From: Octopus vulgaris
Lineage: Eukaryota
Assembly (NCBI GenBank): GCA_951406725.2
Contig: OX597820.1
Coordinates: 92,442,001-92,506,000 of the forward strand
Length of the DNA stretch: 64,000 nt
Direction: 5' to 3'
A program made the translations under genes and the position numbers. This document shows positions 15,653 to 30,765 of this stretch, piece after piece (the first letter of the stretch is position 1; each line of letters starts with the position of its first letter). The notes under the pieces are model-generated. The model ran no database searches, had not been told where the DNA came from, and saw only the letters and a program-made list of their open reading frames with translations.

Positions 15653-16299
15653 TTAATCAATATATACAGTCACTTAGGCTTATCCCCTTGAGTTTTAAAT
15701 ACCTTAATAACAGATACAAAACACGCCAACTTGACCAATAAAACACCTCAACTAAATAGCAATAAAACATCACTGCTGATACTACTGCTACTGTGACTGG
15801 TGTGATAATGGCAACAAGGACAGGCAGAAAGCGCAAAACTCCGCCAACGTAACACCAACGTCCTCTCAACGATTAACCTGTGAAGATTTTTTAAATGAGA
15901 ATATCTGAAATAAAATATTTCAATGAATATCATGAGACCTTTTGGTATTCTCTCCTCTTAAATTCCGGTCTTCCTTTAGTAATTCCTGATATTTTTGTCG
16001 ATGTTTAGAATTTTCTATATATGTAAATATACTGTAAAGAATTCAAATGTATGTATAATCTCCTAGTATAATAAAGAGCGTTGTCTATATATATATATAT
16101 ATATATATATAATAGAGCCGGAGTGAGATGTGAAGGCAGTGGAGATAAATAGCACAGAGAGCGTCATATGAATGAGAAAGGAAGGGACGATAGACATATA
16201 GTGAAGGAAGGAGTGAAAGAGCTGATAAATGGCGATTGAAACGTGAATATATGTGTGTATGTGTGTGCCTGTACGAGAGAACTAAATGAAATTTACATA

Positions 16300-16527
16300 T
16301 AGATTTAAAGTAAAGAAAATATTGAAAAATAATCCAGCATCCTTGTCCGGTAGTGGATCGATCATAAAATCTAATGGTTCGTGCCAGTCACGGGGCGAAA
16401 CAACCCTGAAAGTTTTATCCGAATCCACCCAGCGGTTCTTGAGATATCTTGTCCACCGACAAACAATCAAACAAACAAATGCAACTGAAAACAATACCCC
16501 CGCCTTCGCTAAGGCTGAGGTAATAAT
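16300..16527 (+). mobile_element. Helentron-associated (HINE/DINE-1-like) non-autonomous element end
   Basis: GAATCCACCCAGCGGTTCTTGAGATATC-(ACAA)n-GAAAACAATACCCCCGCCTTCGCTAAGGCTGAGGTAAT: tetranucleotide tract plus terminal hairpin. Confidence 0.45.
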
Positions 16528-16967
16528 AAAAACTACAGGCATAAGGAAAACAACTGGTACTCCTTTGAGGTGATTTTTCCTAAAAATAGCATAACAATTT
16601 CTATCAGTGTACACCCTTCCTATGGTGTACACTACCAGAATCGTTAGAGCGTCAAATAGAATACCCCTTGCCATATTCGTTCCGGTTTTCTGCTCTTAGG
16701 ATTCAAATTATGCTGGCATTAACTTTGACCTTAATATTTTCGGAAGGATTATAAATAAACTATCAGTTCCGTTTTCTCTCCCTCACTCCCCCTTTCACGC
16801 TCTCTTTTTCTCTGTTTCTTTAATGTTATTCTTGTAATTCCAAGGACGATTTTCGTCGCAATGTGTCACGCAGATTCGCCTTGATAATTGTTTTATGATT
16901 GCAGTGGAATACCCAACCATTTACTCCTTCATTTTACGAGTGCGAATTTATATTATATTTATAACAA

Positions 16968-18790
16968 CTACATTCTTTTCTTCGTTTTCAATTGCTTGAA
17001 TAGTGCTTTCTTTGCAGTCTTTCATCCTACACAAGACTGCCCTTCTTACTTCTAGTAATAGCGGTTCTGTGGCATTTTTTACATACCATGCTATGTTATT
17101 TTCTTCTGCTCTAATGCTGGGTTCGCAACCAATAAGTCCTCTTCTCCGTTTTTTCTTGGTAAATACAGTCTATCTGCGTCACTTTTTGGGTGGAGTGTCC
17201 CATACCTAGTTAGCAACTTCCTTGTCTTTCTGTGTAACCTAGTTAGTTCGTCTACCGTCCATGAGATTACCCCTGCTCCCTAGGTGTTGATAGCTTTAAT
17301 CTTATTCCGTCCGTTTAATTTCGACTTAAGGATCAGTCTCAGTCTGTGCAAGTACTCCACCTTAAAATTTTCTGTCATTTCTTTCTCCATCAATTTATCC
17401 ATTTCCAAAATCCCCAAGTACTTATAGCCTGTCTCTCCTATCTGCCTCATAACCTCCATCGACCGTATCGTTAGCCCGTTCATACATTTGATTTTGCCTC
17501 TCTTCAAGATAAACACACTACACTTTCTCAGTGCGAACTCCATTCTGATATCTGCACTGAAAGTATATACCTCAGAATCAGTGTTAGTGGTATCCGCACT
17601 GTACAAAGATCAGTGGGGACAGTCAGTCCCCTTTGAAGATGCCCCACTAATTTCTACTATCCCTAAACCTCTTTCGTATGCTGTCAGATCCGTCCTCCAA
17701 TTCGCCATACTTTTTCCAAGCAATCACTCAACATTTGATGCAATACTAAATAGGTGCATACATTCCGTTATCCAAGAGTGTGGAATCATATCATACGCCT
17801 TAAGATAGTCGATCCATGCCATGGCGAAATTACTTTCCCTCCTCATGCAGTCTGTAAATACAGTTATGTCTATCAGGTGTTGATCCTTGGTACCTCTGCA
17901 CTTACGCTTACAACCCTTTCGCTTATGTGGCAGGACTCCTATTTTACAGATGTCCTGACACTGACTCTGCGAGTATTCCAGTCAATAATTTTCTACATAA
18001 GTGGCAAACAGGGTATCGGCCTGTAAATGTCTATCGTATTGCCTTTTTCGATGTTTTTCAGACACAGCACTCTCCTACCCAATGTTAAAGACTCTGGTGT
18101 TACCTGCTCGGCATTTAACAAGGTGTTGAGTTAGGTAGTTATCCGTGGATGACATTCACTAAATATTTTGATCCAGCAGCCTTGAACTCCATCTGGTCCC
18201 GGGGCCTTCCGGTAGGTCATCTTTTTGCTAATTTCCTTCATTTCTCTAAATGAAATGACTAGTTCTGCCTGTTTTGGGAAGACTAAAGTTTGTTTCAGTT
18301 CTTGCAACCATTCAGCATCCTTCTTTTGCTCCAAATGTCACTCCAAAAACTTTGACTTTCAATGTTATCTGGTATCAACTTTTCCTCTGTACACTCTCCA
18401 TTTCTTTCTTTATAGAATCTCTTCTTATCTACTCCAAGTAACCTCTTCTGGTGGTAACCCTTCATGATTTGGTCTTATCTTACCATCTTTGCTTTCTTTG
18501 CAACGATGTTCTGTTTCAGTTACTCCATTACCACTTTCATGCCTTTTCTTTCAAAATTATACTTCCTTTTCAGCGCCCTGATTTTTATTTCGCTTTTGAG
18601 CTCCCCTTTCTCTTTTCGGTCTAACACAGAAATTTCCTTTAAGAGCATGTCTAATCCTGCCTTTATTTTTCTTTTCCGTCATAGACATTTTCTTTTGTCA
18701 CTCTCATTATATTTCTTTTTCTTAATATCAACACCCACATTCTCTGCTACAACAACACTTACTGCCTTGATCAAATTATTTGTTTTTGAT
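16968..18790 (-). mobile_element. Second decayed R4/Dong-like non-LTR element
   Basis: [52 protein letters not shown] motifs. Clearly homologous to 5654-7226; 5' side abuts (ATG)n(ATA)n; 3' end missing. Confidence 0.85.
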
Positions 18791-18813
18791 CATCGTCATC
18801 ATCATCATCATCA

Positions 18814-18878
<65 letters not shown>

Positions 18879-19102
18879 GAGTGAGAGAGCAGTGCATGCC
18901 AACAAAGTGAACGAAACAACTATGTTTCCAGAGGTGAATTATTCAAATCCTAAAGAATCCCTCTCAACACACGGCTATGATGCACCCCCACTACTTCTGC
19001 TCGTGATCAAAGATGCATATACCATCAGCCACAAAGTGACATGCTCAACTGGTTATGGTCAAACAACTGACACGCAAATCTGTGGTACTGAGCAGAATCT
19101 CA
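18879..19102 (-). mobile_element. Internally deleted copy of the 560-bp TAA-flanked element (family C)
   Basis: Matches parts of 53044-53600; flanked by (ATT)n. Confidence 0.7.
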
Positions 19103-19160
<58 letters not shown>

Positions 19161-19221
19161 CATTATTATTATTATTATTATTCTAATTATTATTATCATC
19201 ATCATTATTATTATTATTACT

Positions 19222-19772
19222 GAATGAGAAAACAGTGCATGCCACCAAAGTGACACGGTGGTAAAAATATACGAAGCCCAGTATACTCATCATGACTGCC
19301 CATCTGATAAGGGTACACCAGGCACATGCATCACTACCGTATGTACGTGACATGGTGATCTCATATCAAGATTAAGAATGCATGACCTCGCAGGTTGGAC
19401 CTAGTTAGAATTTTCTTCAGGTCGAGTAACCCATCACGCTCAAAAATTGTTTAAGTATGTTGTTTAATGATGTGGCAGGAAGCACCCATGTTTCTAGAGT
19501 TGACCCCAAACCCCAAAGAATTTCTCTCGACACATGGCTATGATGCTCCCCAACTAGTTCTGCTCGTGATCAGTGATGCACATATCGTCTGATACCAAGG
19601 GTCATACTCAACTGATTAAGGTCAAACAGCTGACGAGCAATTCTGTGGTATTGTACAGAATATTTGCTGTATCCCTTCATTTATACCATGACAAGACAAT
19701 GTACATGATAACCCTTCCAATCAGTTCAGATCAGAACCCATGATAGCCACTGCCTTGTACTGCATCAGGGCA

Positions 19773-19774
<2 letters not shown>
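19222..19774 (-). mobile_element. 560-bp non-coding interspersed element flanked by (TAA)n (family C)
   Basis: End-to-end reverse-complement homolog of 53044-53600, with (ATT)n on both sides. Confidence 0.8.
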
Positions 19775-19839
<65 letters not shown>

Positions 19840-19863
19840 GTTATTGTTATTATTATTATTATT

Positions 19864-19904
<41 letters not shown>

Positions 19905-19905
19905 G

Positions 19906-19937
<32 letters not shown>

Positions 19938-20355
19938 CATTATTATTGTTATTATTATTATTATTAGTATCATGTTGCTCATGCAGCTGATATTGATGTT
20001 GCTATCGTATCATTGTGACTACTACCACTACTACTACCACTACTACTACTGCTACTACTGATTATCCTCCTCCTCCTGCTGCTACAGCTGCTACTGCTAA
20101 CGATTTTGTCTATTTCCGATTTGAATTCTTTAAACATCTTTACCTTCTGGCATTGTTTAATTTCCATTTTCTCACAAATAATGTGGGAAAATTTCTAGGA
20201 TATTGAGAAAACATTGAATATAATAGTTTTATTTACATTTTGTTTTCTAATATTTGTCTCGAACGTATTAATACCTTGTCTGGCAAATTATCTCCCTTTG
20301 CTGAATAACACCATAGCCTATTAATATAGAAGTTTATATCAGAACGACAAATGTT

Positions 20356-20396
<41 letters not shown>

Positions 20397-20708
20397 AAAT
20401 TTGAGATTCAGTTGAATTAGATACTTAAATTGAAGCATCTTGTTATCCGGAGTAACACGCACACCCAAATGTTATCAAGTGAATATCAAACTCTGTGCAG
20501 AAGAGCCAGCACCTGATATTTTTCAGTATATGTAGCTAATACGACCCAGATTAGTGAAGAGATCCGCTCTTGACTATTCAGACATGTACTTTATGTTAGA
20601 ATACTTTCTATAATATTTACGAAGCGCCGATTTCAGGATAGATGATTATAGTATAAATGAGTAAGAAAGTGGTACAAGTGTACGCCTGTAACACTTGTGA
20701 CTCATTTA

Positions 20709-20758
<50 letters not shown>

Positions 20759-22004
20759 GTGTGTGTGTGTGTGTGTGTGTCCAAGGTGTATTATTAAATT
20801 CTGTTTAGGTATATTGTTAAATTTTGTTTTAAAACCGTCAGGAATTTAGTCAGAATTGATAGAACGTTGGATAAGATCATTTCTATTATTTAGTTATATC
20901 CATTTGTATTCTAAAGTGAAAAATCCGACGCATCAGCTATATTTTTCATCTATTCGGGATTGATAAACATAAGTAGAGATCAGCTATTTGGTGTCACTGT
21001 AAGCAGAGTGCCCACCTACAAAATTGCTACTGTTATTTTTGTGTCATAAATCCTGATTATATTCGATAATTTCCATTTACAGCAAGTATTATAGTGACTG
21101 GTGAGGAAATATGCATCTAAAAAAAGCGATAGTATCTGTTAGTCAAGAGAATGACATATTAAAGAATCTACACACATATATCTTACTTGTGAGGTAGGGT
21201 TTATTGCAGACCATGCTGATTATATGTCTATGTGCAAAATGTTGAAAATTGATGTTATTACTGCCAGCTATGGTCGTTCCAAATCCTACCTTTGAAACTA
21301 AACTCCACAATATAATTATGCCTATAGGTTTTATTCTATCCTCAACTTTCTTTCAAATATATTTTATCTAATTTTATTGCATCTGCATAGTGAATATTCT
21401 GCAAGTGTAATCAATTTATTACTGCTACTATAAAACTGTACAGATAAAAAGTAATCTGTTGGAGAAACCGGCAGTCAGATATAAACTCAGTATAACCTTG
21501 CAAATCAGTTTACACAATATCAAATATTATGTATTTCTTTTCTCTGGAAAGTTACTAAAACTGTATACATGGGAACTAAAATTATTGGAACTTTTTATTC
21601 TGCACTTCTGTCTCCCGAGTTCAATTTATACATTTAATCTTGTTGTGAATTAAGTTAAATAAATAAAGATGGCTTGCTCAGGTGAGAGGTATATTTGGCC
21701 TTCGAAGGTACCTTGAGACCGAGGAAATTAAAGCGAATAATGTATCTTTTGTATAGCTGTAAAAGTAAATCGGCATGGAGGAAAATATAAAGAGCTGACA
21801 CACTGGATAGGAGAACTGTGCGAAGAGGTAAGTGGGTAGCCAGGAAGTTACAAGCAATATGAGTGATGAATTAAAGAGAGGGACATATCAGAAAGATAAG
21901 TTTGCTGGAATCAGTAACTCTGCTCTATATTAATTGTATTTTGAGAATCAGTACAATCTCATGAATGTCACTTCATATAACCATTGATATATTGATATAT
22001 CTTT

Positions 22005-22195
22005 TATCTTTTACTTGTTTCAGTCATCACAATGTGGCTATGCTGGAGCTTTGCTTTGGTGAGTTTTTTTGTCGAATTAATTGGCCCTAGTCCTTATTTT
22101 CCCAGGCCTGGTACTTACTCTGCTATGCCACAGTTAGTTAAACATACCGATACCGGTTGCCAAGCGGTGGTAGCAGACAGGTCCAGGCACAAAGA
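22005..22195 (-). mobile_element. SINE family A, decayed 3' part
   Basis: TTTTACTTGTTTCAGTCA...GCTATGCTGGAGC is the reverse complement of the family A tail. Confidence 0.55.
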
Positions 22196-22504
22196 CACTC
22201 ACACACATACACACACAAACGCACGCAGATAAGCACACAGACACACACACTCTAACACATACACACACACAAACAAACACATAAGCATTTATATATATAT
22301 ATATATATAACTACAAAATTAGAGAATGGAGAAACATACTTAAATCAGTAAAACATCAACTATCCGATGATACTCAATCCATACTTTAATACACCATTAC
22401 ATATGAGTAAAGGCAATATATAAAATGAAATGAGATATACAGTAATAGTAAAAAGATAAAGAGATATAAGTAAAAAATTTTCAAATATAATATACAAATA
22501 AATC

Positions 22505-22620
22505 AGAACTGACAGCTGTTTCGGCAGTGAGGACAGTCATACCTCATTTAACCTATAAGCCATAAAGGCAGGTATAAATGAGGCATTAACAAGGATGCCC
22601 CACGGCCTCTTCAGAGAATT
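22505..22620 (-). ncRNA. Type I hammerhead ribozyme motif with extended stem II
   Basis: Minus strand: CUGAAGA - long stem II (GGC..GUGGGGCA/UGUCCUCAC.GCC; AUGCCUCAUUUA/UAAAUGAGGUAU) - GAAAC AGCU GUC. Stem I is short (2 bp). Confidence 0.65.
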
Positions 22621-22855
22621 AAATTAAATTTGTTATAATAGTGAAAAATATTATATAATCATATACATATAAATATAAAAATATAAAAATGTAAAATATA
22701 AAAACTTATACATCATAATGCTACACTTATATAATATAATACACATTTGTACAAAAAAGGAAGGTAAACAGAACAAAATAAAACAAAATATATAACAGTG
22801 TATATATTAATATTAATAAGTACCGATATTATACATATTTGTCTACTAGTTTTTT

Positions 22856-22892
<37 letters not shown>

Positions 22893-22978
22893 TAACACAT
22901 ATGGAGATGAAAAATAATAATTAAATCCGTGGTACAGTTCATAAAATTCTAAAGCTATAAAAGTTAATAAAAATTACT

Positions 22979-23047
<69 letters not shown>

Positions 23048-24783
23048 AAAATAATAATAGATACAGTTAAGTTAGCAACAAGTCCATCCTTTCAAGATCG
23101 AAATAACTATGAGTTAAGAAATGCTGACCACTAGGTAAAGAAAATTTAGATTAATTCGATTGGCTATTGGTTTGAAATTTAAATCACAAAAGAAAATTAT
23201 ACGGTTGGTTAGTCAGAGAACGCCAATATTCACACACGCATCTACAGATCAATCGCACATACACACATAGTTATATGTATATACATACACTTATACACAT
23301 ACATAAGCAACAACTAGCACTTAGATAAACAAAAAGGGAAGCAACTATGTTATCATTTAGTCCTTCAAAATTATAACTGTGCCTTAATAACAAAAAAAAA
23401 AAAAAAAAAAAAAAAAAGAACCATCCATGCATTCCATAAAATATTTAATTTAGATATAAATATATTTTTAGATATCAGTATGTTACTAATTCAGATAATT
23501 ATTTCATGGGTAACTTAAAATTTATAACACCGGTTTGTTGCATAGTAAACATACGGTTGTTAGATTTATCGTAAGTTTGTTATGATTTTAAGTACGCTAA
23601 ATTATAAAATATAAAATATAAAATATATATTAATTTAAATATTATAAATAAGTCACTTATTAACTTAATAAATATAGTGCCATAATATACCAGTTTAGGC
23701 ATTAAAGAATAGAAGGGGAAGTATTAATGTAAACGCTTATGAGAACATCACAGAAATTTTAAATAAATTTTATATTATAAAGACTTAAGATGAAAAGAGA
23801 TAAAATAAATAAGAAGGAATAAATACGAAGGAATAAATACGGTTGTACACATAATTATAAGTACAAACCAGTATATATGTATTTATATATTATTAAAATT
23901 AAATAAAATAAATGATAGATATGTATGTATAAAACTACCTCAGTATAAGTAAATAAGTAAAAAATAAATAGGTAACAAATTAGATGCCTTGATATTTATG
24001 TAAACATCTACACTTAAATAGGCAAATAAATAAATAAATAGAAGACTAGATGCAAAGATTGATAATATTACAATAAAATGGAAAATAAATAAAAAATAAA
24101 TAAAGTGAATATATATGTTATATTGTTGAAAGTAAATATGTATGGAAGGATAGTTTAAAGTACAGATCCAGAGGACTATAGATATAAACTAAATATATGA
24201 GGCTGGTAATAATTATAAAGCAAAATGCATGTAAATGAGAAAATGAAAAAAATGAAAAAGGTTTATCAGTGAATATCATAAGATACAAATTAAGGTGAGT
24301 ACAAAAAGACCAAATATACAATAAAAAATACAATAAAAACCTTCCAAATAAACACATACAAAAAACCTATAATCTCAACCTAAACCCACCAAACTCACAA
24401 AAGGCTCTCATATATTACATATTATACAATATCATTACATTATCCAGAGCTAGGTATCTAACCAAGATATATATAAATATACTATGCAATATACTATGCA
24501 ATATTGGAAAACTTCAAAAATCACACATTACAAGGCAAATACCAAAATGAATATGCTATTTTATGTCATATTGCATTTCTCTTAAAAAACAAACAAAAAC
24601 CCACATACAAAAACAAGAAACCAATATTACTAGACACATCCATTAATTATTATACAAATGTAGCTATAAAAATTATAAAATTATAAAATTTATAAATTGT
24701 ATACTTTAGAATTATAGAAGACCACAGGTATATTTAGTTAAAGAAGGGAATTAAAAAATTAATAATAGTGGAAGTGCTAAGTT

Positions 24784-26198
24784 CTATTTGAATCTAGAAA
24801 AGGTGAACGGTAGCCTATGAATACAAAAGAAGTTTTTTTCATTAATGTTGTTAATAATTTGCCGACCCGCTTTAATAATGAAGAAAATTTCATTAATACA
24901 TAGAGAGCATTTTTTATTTTTTCCATTATACACAGGTGCTGAAGTTAGTATTTTCCAGTTTAATCTAAAATCTAAGTTCTTACTTTTAAGTTCCCAAATG
25001 TATGCACTTAGCCCTGTAGAGTACATTCTATTTTTATTCCTAAAAGTATATCTGTGATAATTCCATCTTTGTTTTATGCTATTCATAGTTGCCCCGATAT
25101 ACACCCTACTACTCAATTGTGTATCTACAGTGCATTGGTAAACTACCTCCTTCCTGAGGCATTGATTACCAAATACACATTTATTTCTATTTCTGCAATT
25201 ACAAAGATTAACAGAATGAGGAAATCTAAGATTGGACACCACCCCTATACTACTATTCATATTATAAGTGTTACAATTGTTATCATCATCCAAACCCAAA
25301 ATCAACGAATGAGTTAATTTCACATTATCGGCTATATTCCTATCACTAGTACTAGTATTGGTAGTAGTAGTATGATCTATTACATTTATATTATCTCTGA
25401 CAGGTATGGTGCACTCATTATTAGTAAGGAGGTTGTTCCCATTTGTTCCAAGAAAGTTTCTATTCCTATTATTAATGAAGAGGGGCAAGTTTTCCTGGTC
25501 TAAATTCAATTTTCTATCCTTATAGAAGTGATCCAGTTTCTTGTTATTAAAAGAGGAGATAATGGTGGCTAGATTATGAGTAATGCTATATCCCACTCTA
25601 ACAGTACCGTTGTTAATTAAAGGACTAAATTTATTCTTATCCTTACCAAAATGCCTAAAAATAACATTATGCAAAGCTCTCACTATGTTTGTTTTAATCT
25701 GCATTGCATATGGGATAATCAACCAAAGAGTATCCTTATCAGAATTAGGATTGCCTATAGAATTAATGTTATTTGTAAAAATCCTATTCGTAGACCAACT
25801 CATAGGATTACTATTCTTACCACTGTCATTGTTATATCTATCTATATCAATATTACCATGGTTATTGCGCAAGTAAACTTTACCATTATCATGTCTACCA
25901 TAAGTTTTAATTCGTATATTATTATTAATATTACTACTATTACTCGTATGTTTAGATCTATTAGAGCTACCGTTCACCTTTCCAAGGTTGACATCACTTC
26001 TACATTTATTATAGGTGTTATCATATATTCTATTTTTACTATTCTTATGTATATTGTTGATTATCCTAAATCTATTTGTGTTGTTCCTGATAGTTCTACC
26101 TCCATTAGGGGGGTTCCCCTTAGGTATAAACCAAACCTTACTTTTATATCCTGCCTTAAGCAATGCTGCATTGTATCTATCACAGTGTTTGTTAAAAA
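24784..26198 (-). CDS. PLE ORF C-terminus: RT thumb plus GIY-YIG endonuclease (5'-truncated, frame open)
   Basis: IFNKHCDRYNAALLKAGY; LWLIIPY..IKTNI...TVRVGYS; CNCRNRNKCVFGNQCLRKEVVYQC...VYIGAT...KQRWNYH...STGLSAYIWELK...CSLCINE...CIH. Confidence 0.85.
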
Positions 26199-26214
26199 TT
26201 TATATATATATATA

Positions 26215-26410
26215 TATGGTAAATCCAAAAAGAACAATGAAAAAACAACGCGAGAACGTGGTACATGTAATGTATTAGCAGACGCTCAGGAAAGGAAAGA
26301 AACATGGTTTAATGTTTTGAGCAAACGCTCTTCTTCGAAAACAGAGGAAAGTCCAATAGAAAGGGAAGACGGAGGAAGAAAATCGTCAACGATTCACATG
26401 TGGTTACATA
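26215..26410 (-). mobile_element. Short PLE pLTR-like repeat (family D) with decayed HHR
   Basis: Minus CGAAGAAGAGC GTTT GCTC AAAAC; homologous to 40810-40970 and 53860-53990. Confidence 0.5.
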
Positions 26411-26411
26411 G

Positions 26412-26570
26412 TCTTCTTGTAGTTTTTATCTACCAAATCCACTGACAAGGCTTTAGTCGCCCCGAAGCTATAGTGGAAGTCACCAGCTCAAGTTGCCACG
26501 CATTGGGATAGAAACCAGTATTGCGTGGTTGAGAAGGAAACATCATTTCAACCAGCCACAATTGCACCTA
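26412..26570 (-). mobile_element. SINE family A, 5' part, decayed
   Basis: Reverse complement of the family A head and core. Confidence 0.55.
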
Positions 26571-26599
26571 TAAAAAGTGGTTTGTTCTGATGCAATACC

Positions 26600-27600
26600 A
26601 ACTACTAGTAGAAATCTCTGGGTGGTCACATAGCTGAAGCGCTTACTGGGTTAGACTTTATTAGACATACATATCCAAGGGGATGCACATATACTCAAAA
26701 TCTCTTGCAAATTAATGTTTACACTGCACCAGCTTGCTAGGAACTAATATTTGTTCTACTTGAGCATGTTCCCGGTCAGATATAAAAAGCTGAATTCAGG
26801 TGAATTCTATAAATCTTCCATTACATATAATCAGTTTAATCTACTGTCTTCCAGAAAATTTAGGTCATAAATGTTATCTTAGAAATATCTTGTTTGTCTG
26901 GCAAAGTAGGCAACAAATACTATTTTAGGAATCTCTTACTGGCCTTGTTTAGTCGTTCATATATGTTCTTCATTTAGAAATACATTAATATTTTGGCTCG
27001 TCCCAGTTATTGTCAATTAGAAGAACTTTTCTGTAGGGAGGACTGGATTTTGCTGATGCCTTCATATAATTCCTTGAATTATATGAATCGTTGATAGTAA
27101 GTAGCCTCAGTAACCGGAAAAATTAGATTTACGACCAAAACAAAAGGGCATTGATATATATAGTTTTAATTTAACAGATCTGTTGAAATTGTGTTTTGTC
27201 CATAGACACAACGGAGACGGATATAAATCTTCTCTTGGATGCTAGAAGGATAACAGAGAGTTCACCATCAGCCATTTCATAGTAATTTGTATCCGGTTGA
27301 TCTCAGTAACATTAACTAAAGGAATTCTTACGGGGCAAGTATTACCTACTGCACACTCAAAATTTATACATCAGAAAGTTTATTGTAAATGTATATATCG
27401 CTCAATGGATGTTTAGAATGATTTCTAATCTACAGATGTTTTTCTTTTACTTAGCATCTAAAGAAATAATGATTCATAATTAATTCATTAGTCGCATTTA
27501 TTGATCTCTAGTAAAAACTTCTGAACTATATTTACCAACATATACTTCTGGATATGGCGCTAGACTTACACAATTTACTACTCAATTCCAAGCAAATGCA
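26600..27600 (-). pseudogene. Possible very old LINE (RTE-like) RT relic
   Basis: Faint peptides (KSSAIS..., FKELYEG, IYERLNKA) in the expected order; heavily disrupted. Confidence 0.2.
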
Positions 27601-27633
27601 TTTTAAACTAACTGTGATATATTTTGTATACCT

Positions 27634-27802
27634 CAGGTGTAGCTGTGTGGTAGGAAACTTGCTTCTTAACCACATGGCTCCGGGTTCAGTCCCTCCGCGT
27701 GGCAAAATGAGCAAGTGTCTTCCAGTCTAGACTTGGACTGACAAAAATCTTGTGAGTGTATATCGGAGACGGAAAGCGAAAGAAGCCCGTCGCACACCTG
27801 TG

Positions 27803-27870
<68 letters not shown>

Positions 27871-28092
27871 TTTGTGTGTGCATGTCTTTGTCCCCATTCA
27901 CTACTTGACAACCGGTGGTTGTGTGTTCACGTCTGCATAACATAGTGGTTCGGCGAAAGGAGATGATAGAATGAACACTAGACTTGAAAAACTGATAAGT
28001 CCTAGTATCGATTTGTTCGACTAAAACCCTTCAAGGCGGTGCCCCAGCATGGCTGTAGTCAAATGACCGAGACAAGTAAAAGATAAAAGATA
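27634..28092 (+). mobile_element. SINE family A
   Basis: Full-length homolog with internal (TG)n and GGCGGTGCCCCAGCATGGC tail. Confidence 0.8.
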
Positions 28093-28329
28093 ACTTCAGC
28101 TTTATAATGCAGGTTGAATTTCCTCTTATTATTCTACATATACAGAATGAATTCGAATTAATGAACTTCATTTGTATAGCAAGATTAACACCATACATCT
28201 TAGATAAACCATTGCCTCTTTCAGCAGATATGATTACACTTGTTGAACACTAAAACTTTCAGAACAAATTGAACATATAAATATTGTAAATATACATTCT
28301 AATGACAAGATTAATGACTCGTAACTTAC

Positions 28330-28377
28330 CATCTTGGAAACAATTCATCATCAAATTTTAAATTTACTGTACACGCA
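28330..28377 (-). CDS. Candidate 48-nt exon of an unidentified gene
   Basis: Minus strand TTTGTCCTTCTTCAG|48 nt|GTAAGT in unique sequence; one open frame ACTVNLKFDDELFPR (phase 2-2). Confidence 0.35.
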
Positions 28378-28984
28378 CTGAAGAAGGACAAAATATCCTC
28401 CAACAAAACAAATACAGAAGACATAAATTCAAATGTTTTCATGTAGGTATTTGATGATGTATTTTGCTTGTGCCTCGAGGATATACATTGATACATATAC
28501 GATTAAATATAACACATGCATATGTACACTATGACAGTCTACGCACTTACACAAACATACAAACACATAGAGAATGCGAGAGACTTTCATGTATATGATT
28601 GTAATCTTACATGAGATGTGTGACCATAATCACATGTGTTACAGGAGTCGCCTCTGTTTTCGAATAAATACAAACTGCTATAGGAATTACATCTATTTTC
28701 TTCTTTTTCTCTCATCGACATAGGGGCATGCAACTGCACACAGACAAACACATATGTACACAAGCACGCTCACACAAATATGGACGACGCGTCTTAACGC
28801 TTGTTCTTATGTCTAGATATATGTAAAAAAACAATTTATATTATATAAAAACAGATTCTATAGAATACAAATAAATATATATAATCATACATCATGTAGC
28901 TTCATATTCATACATGTGCCCATGTGTGTGTATGTGTGTGTGTTTATGTACACAAACATACATGTATGTATATATAGATATATA

Positions 28985-30763
<1,779 letters not shown>

Positions 30764-30765
<2 letters not shown>

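Larger units (their letters stand above)
22310..26200 (-). mobile_element. 5'-truncated Penelope-like element (probably Naiad clade) between (TA)n tracts
   Basis: Thumb plus GIY-YIG ORF, about 2.2 kb of AT-rich downstream sequence, then a same-strand hammerhead motif at 22505-22620. (TA)n at both ends. Confidence 0.7.

Noticed and set aside
24784-26198. Selenoprotein recoding, as reported for some Naiad PLEs
   Set aside because: No in-frame TGA in the preserved ORF, and no SECIS recognised by eye.
25651-26445. 264-aa plus-strand ORF
   Set aside because: Antisense shadow of the Asn-rich PLE ORF, running through a TA tract into another repeat.
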